Source: a virus (taxonomy: Duplodnaviria > Caudoviricetes). From it: a DNA stretch of 37,664 nt. The notes under the pieces were generated by a model. That model ran no database searches. It was not told the origin of the DNA and saw nothing but the letters and a program-made list of their open reading frames with translations. Where the stretch lies: the IMG/VR virus record IMGVR_UViG_3300026125_000008, positions 1-37,664 of that record. One strand, written 5' to 3'. A program made the translations under genes and the position numbers. Below, piece by piece: positions 37,212 to 37,664 of this stretch (its first letter is position 1; every line of letters begins with the position of its first letter).

Positions 37212-37574
37212 ATGAAAAAAATAAAAAAATTATATGTAGAGTTTAATCTATTAAAAAAAGAAATAGAAATGATTAAACTTGATTATTCAAAAGTAAATTA
37301 TAGTTCTATCAATGAATTAAATTACAAGTTTATTAAACTTAAAAAAGAATTATTAAAAATAAATGAAGATAATTTAGAAAAAATAAAAGATATAACTTGT
37401 TATATAAGTATAAAACATGAATTAGAAATAATAGAAGAATTAAATATACCCAGACTTTATTCTGAATATTTACATTTAGAAAAAATAAAAGAAATAGATA
37501 AGGTGATAAAAAAAATAGATGAAGAAGATTTTTTTTCAGAAGATACAATAAAAGAGTTAGAAAAAGAAGAATAA
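37212..37574 (+). CDS. Hypothetical protein
   Basis: 120 aa ORF, AAGGA RBS. Confidence 0.65.
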   Translation: MKKIKKLYVEFNLLKKEIEMIKLDYSKVNYSSINELNYKFIKLKKELLKINEDNLEKIKDITCYISIKHELEIIEELNIPRLYSEYLHLEKIKEIDKVIKKIDEEDFFSEDTIKELEKEE

Positions 37575-37610
37575 AAAAAAAGTCCAGGAAACAAACACAA
37601 CCTGGACTTT
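37573..37610 (-). terminator. Intrinsic terminator, strongest on the minus strand
   Basis: AAAGTCCAGG-12 nt-CCTGGACTTT with a long A run on the left (U tract on the minus strand). Confidence 0.75.
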
Positions 37611-37664
37611 AATTATTTTAATACAAGGAAAACAAGTAGAGTTTTCTTTATTTGAAAACTCATA

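Noticed and set aside
6446-37548. Short ORFs antisense to or nested in long genes (e.g. 6446, 8114, 12708, 13104, 14246, 14485, 17007, 17820, 20279, 22971, 22986, 25034, 25153, 25633, 27856, 31313, 32515, 32807, 37339)
   Set aside because: They are shadows of well-supported genes, with no recognisable motifs or convincing RBS.
37628-37661. GAAAAC/GTTTTC inverted repeats resembling a Xer dif site
   Set aside because: Arm spacing does not match the 6 bp central region of dif sites, and the motif is short and AT-rich.

Overview
This very AT-rich window looks like a nearly complete, possibly complete and circularly permuted, ~37.7 kb temperate podovirus-type phage. Promoter architecture (TTAAG-T8-AAG upstream of TATAAT) and AAGGA ribosome-binding sites point to a Campylobacterota host such as Arcobacter; this is an inference. 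From left to right it holds: a minus-strand replication/DNA-modification operon (HTH protein, RepA/AAA_25 helicase, SSB, EcoRI-family methyltransferase, truncated DUF262 protein, endonuclease VII-type HNH); a 1.2 kb repeat-rich non-coding region; a Dam-like methyltransferase and five tRNAs; an N4-like morphogenesis module (TerS, intein-containing TerL, fibres, holin, portal, scaffold, major capsid, ejection proteins); an ERF recombinase; an attP-like region with a tyrosine integrase; a GIY-YIG nuclease; and an M15 endolysin. The strongest unexplained signal is an unannotated ~125 nt promoter-to-terminator unit at 36023-36147 built of three modules, each antisense to a Shine-Dalgarno + AUG region, a candidate multi-target translational-silencing sRNA. 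Also notable are two restriction-modification gene fragments fused in-frame to unrelated 3' ends, an Ala-start class 3-like intein lacking the usual Trp, and DnaA-box-like clusters. All family calls come from motif recognition by eye; no database searches were run.
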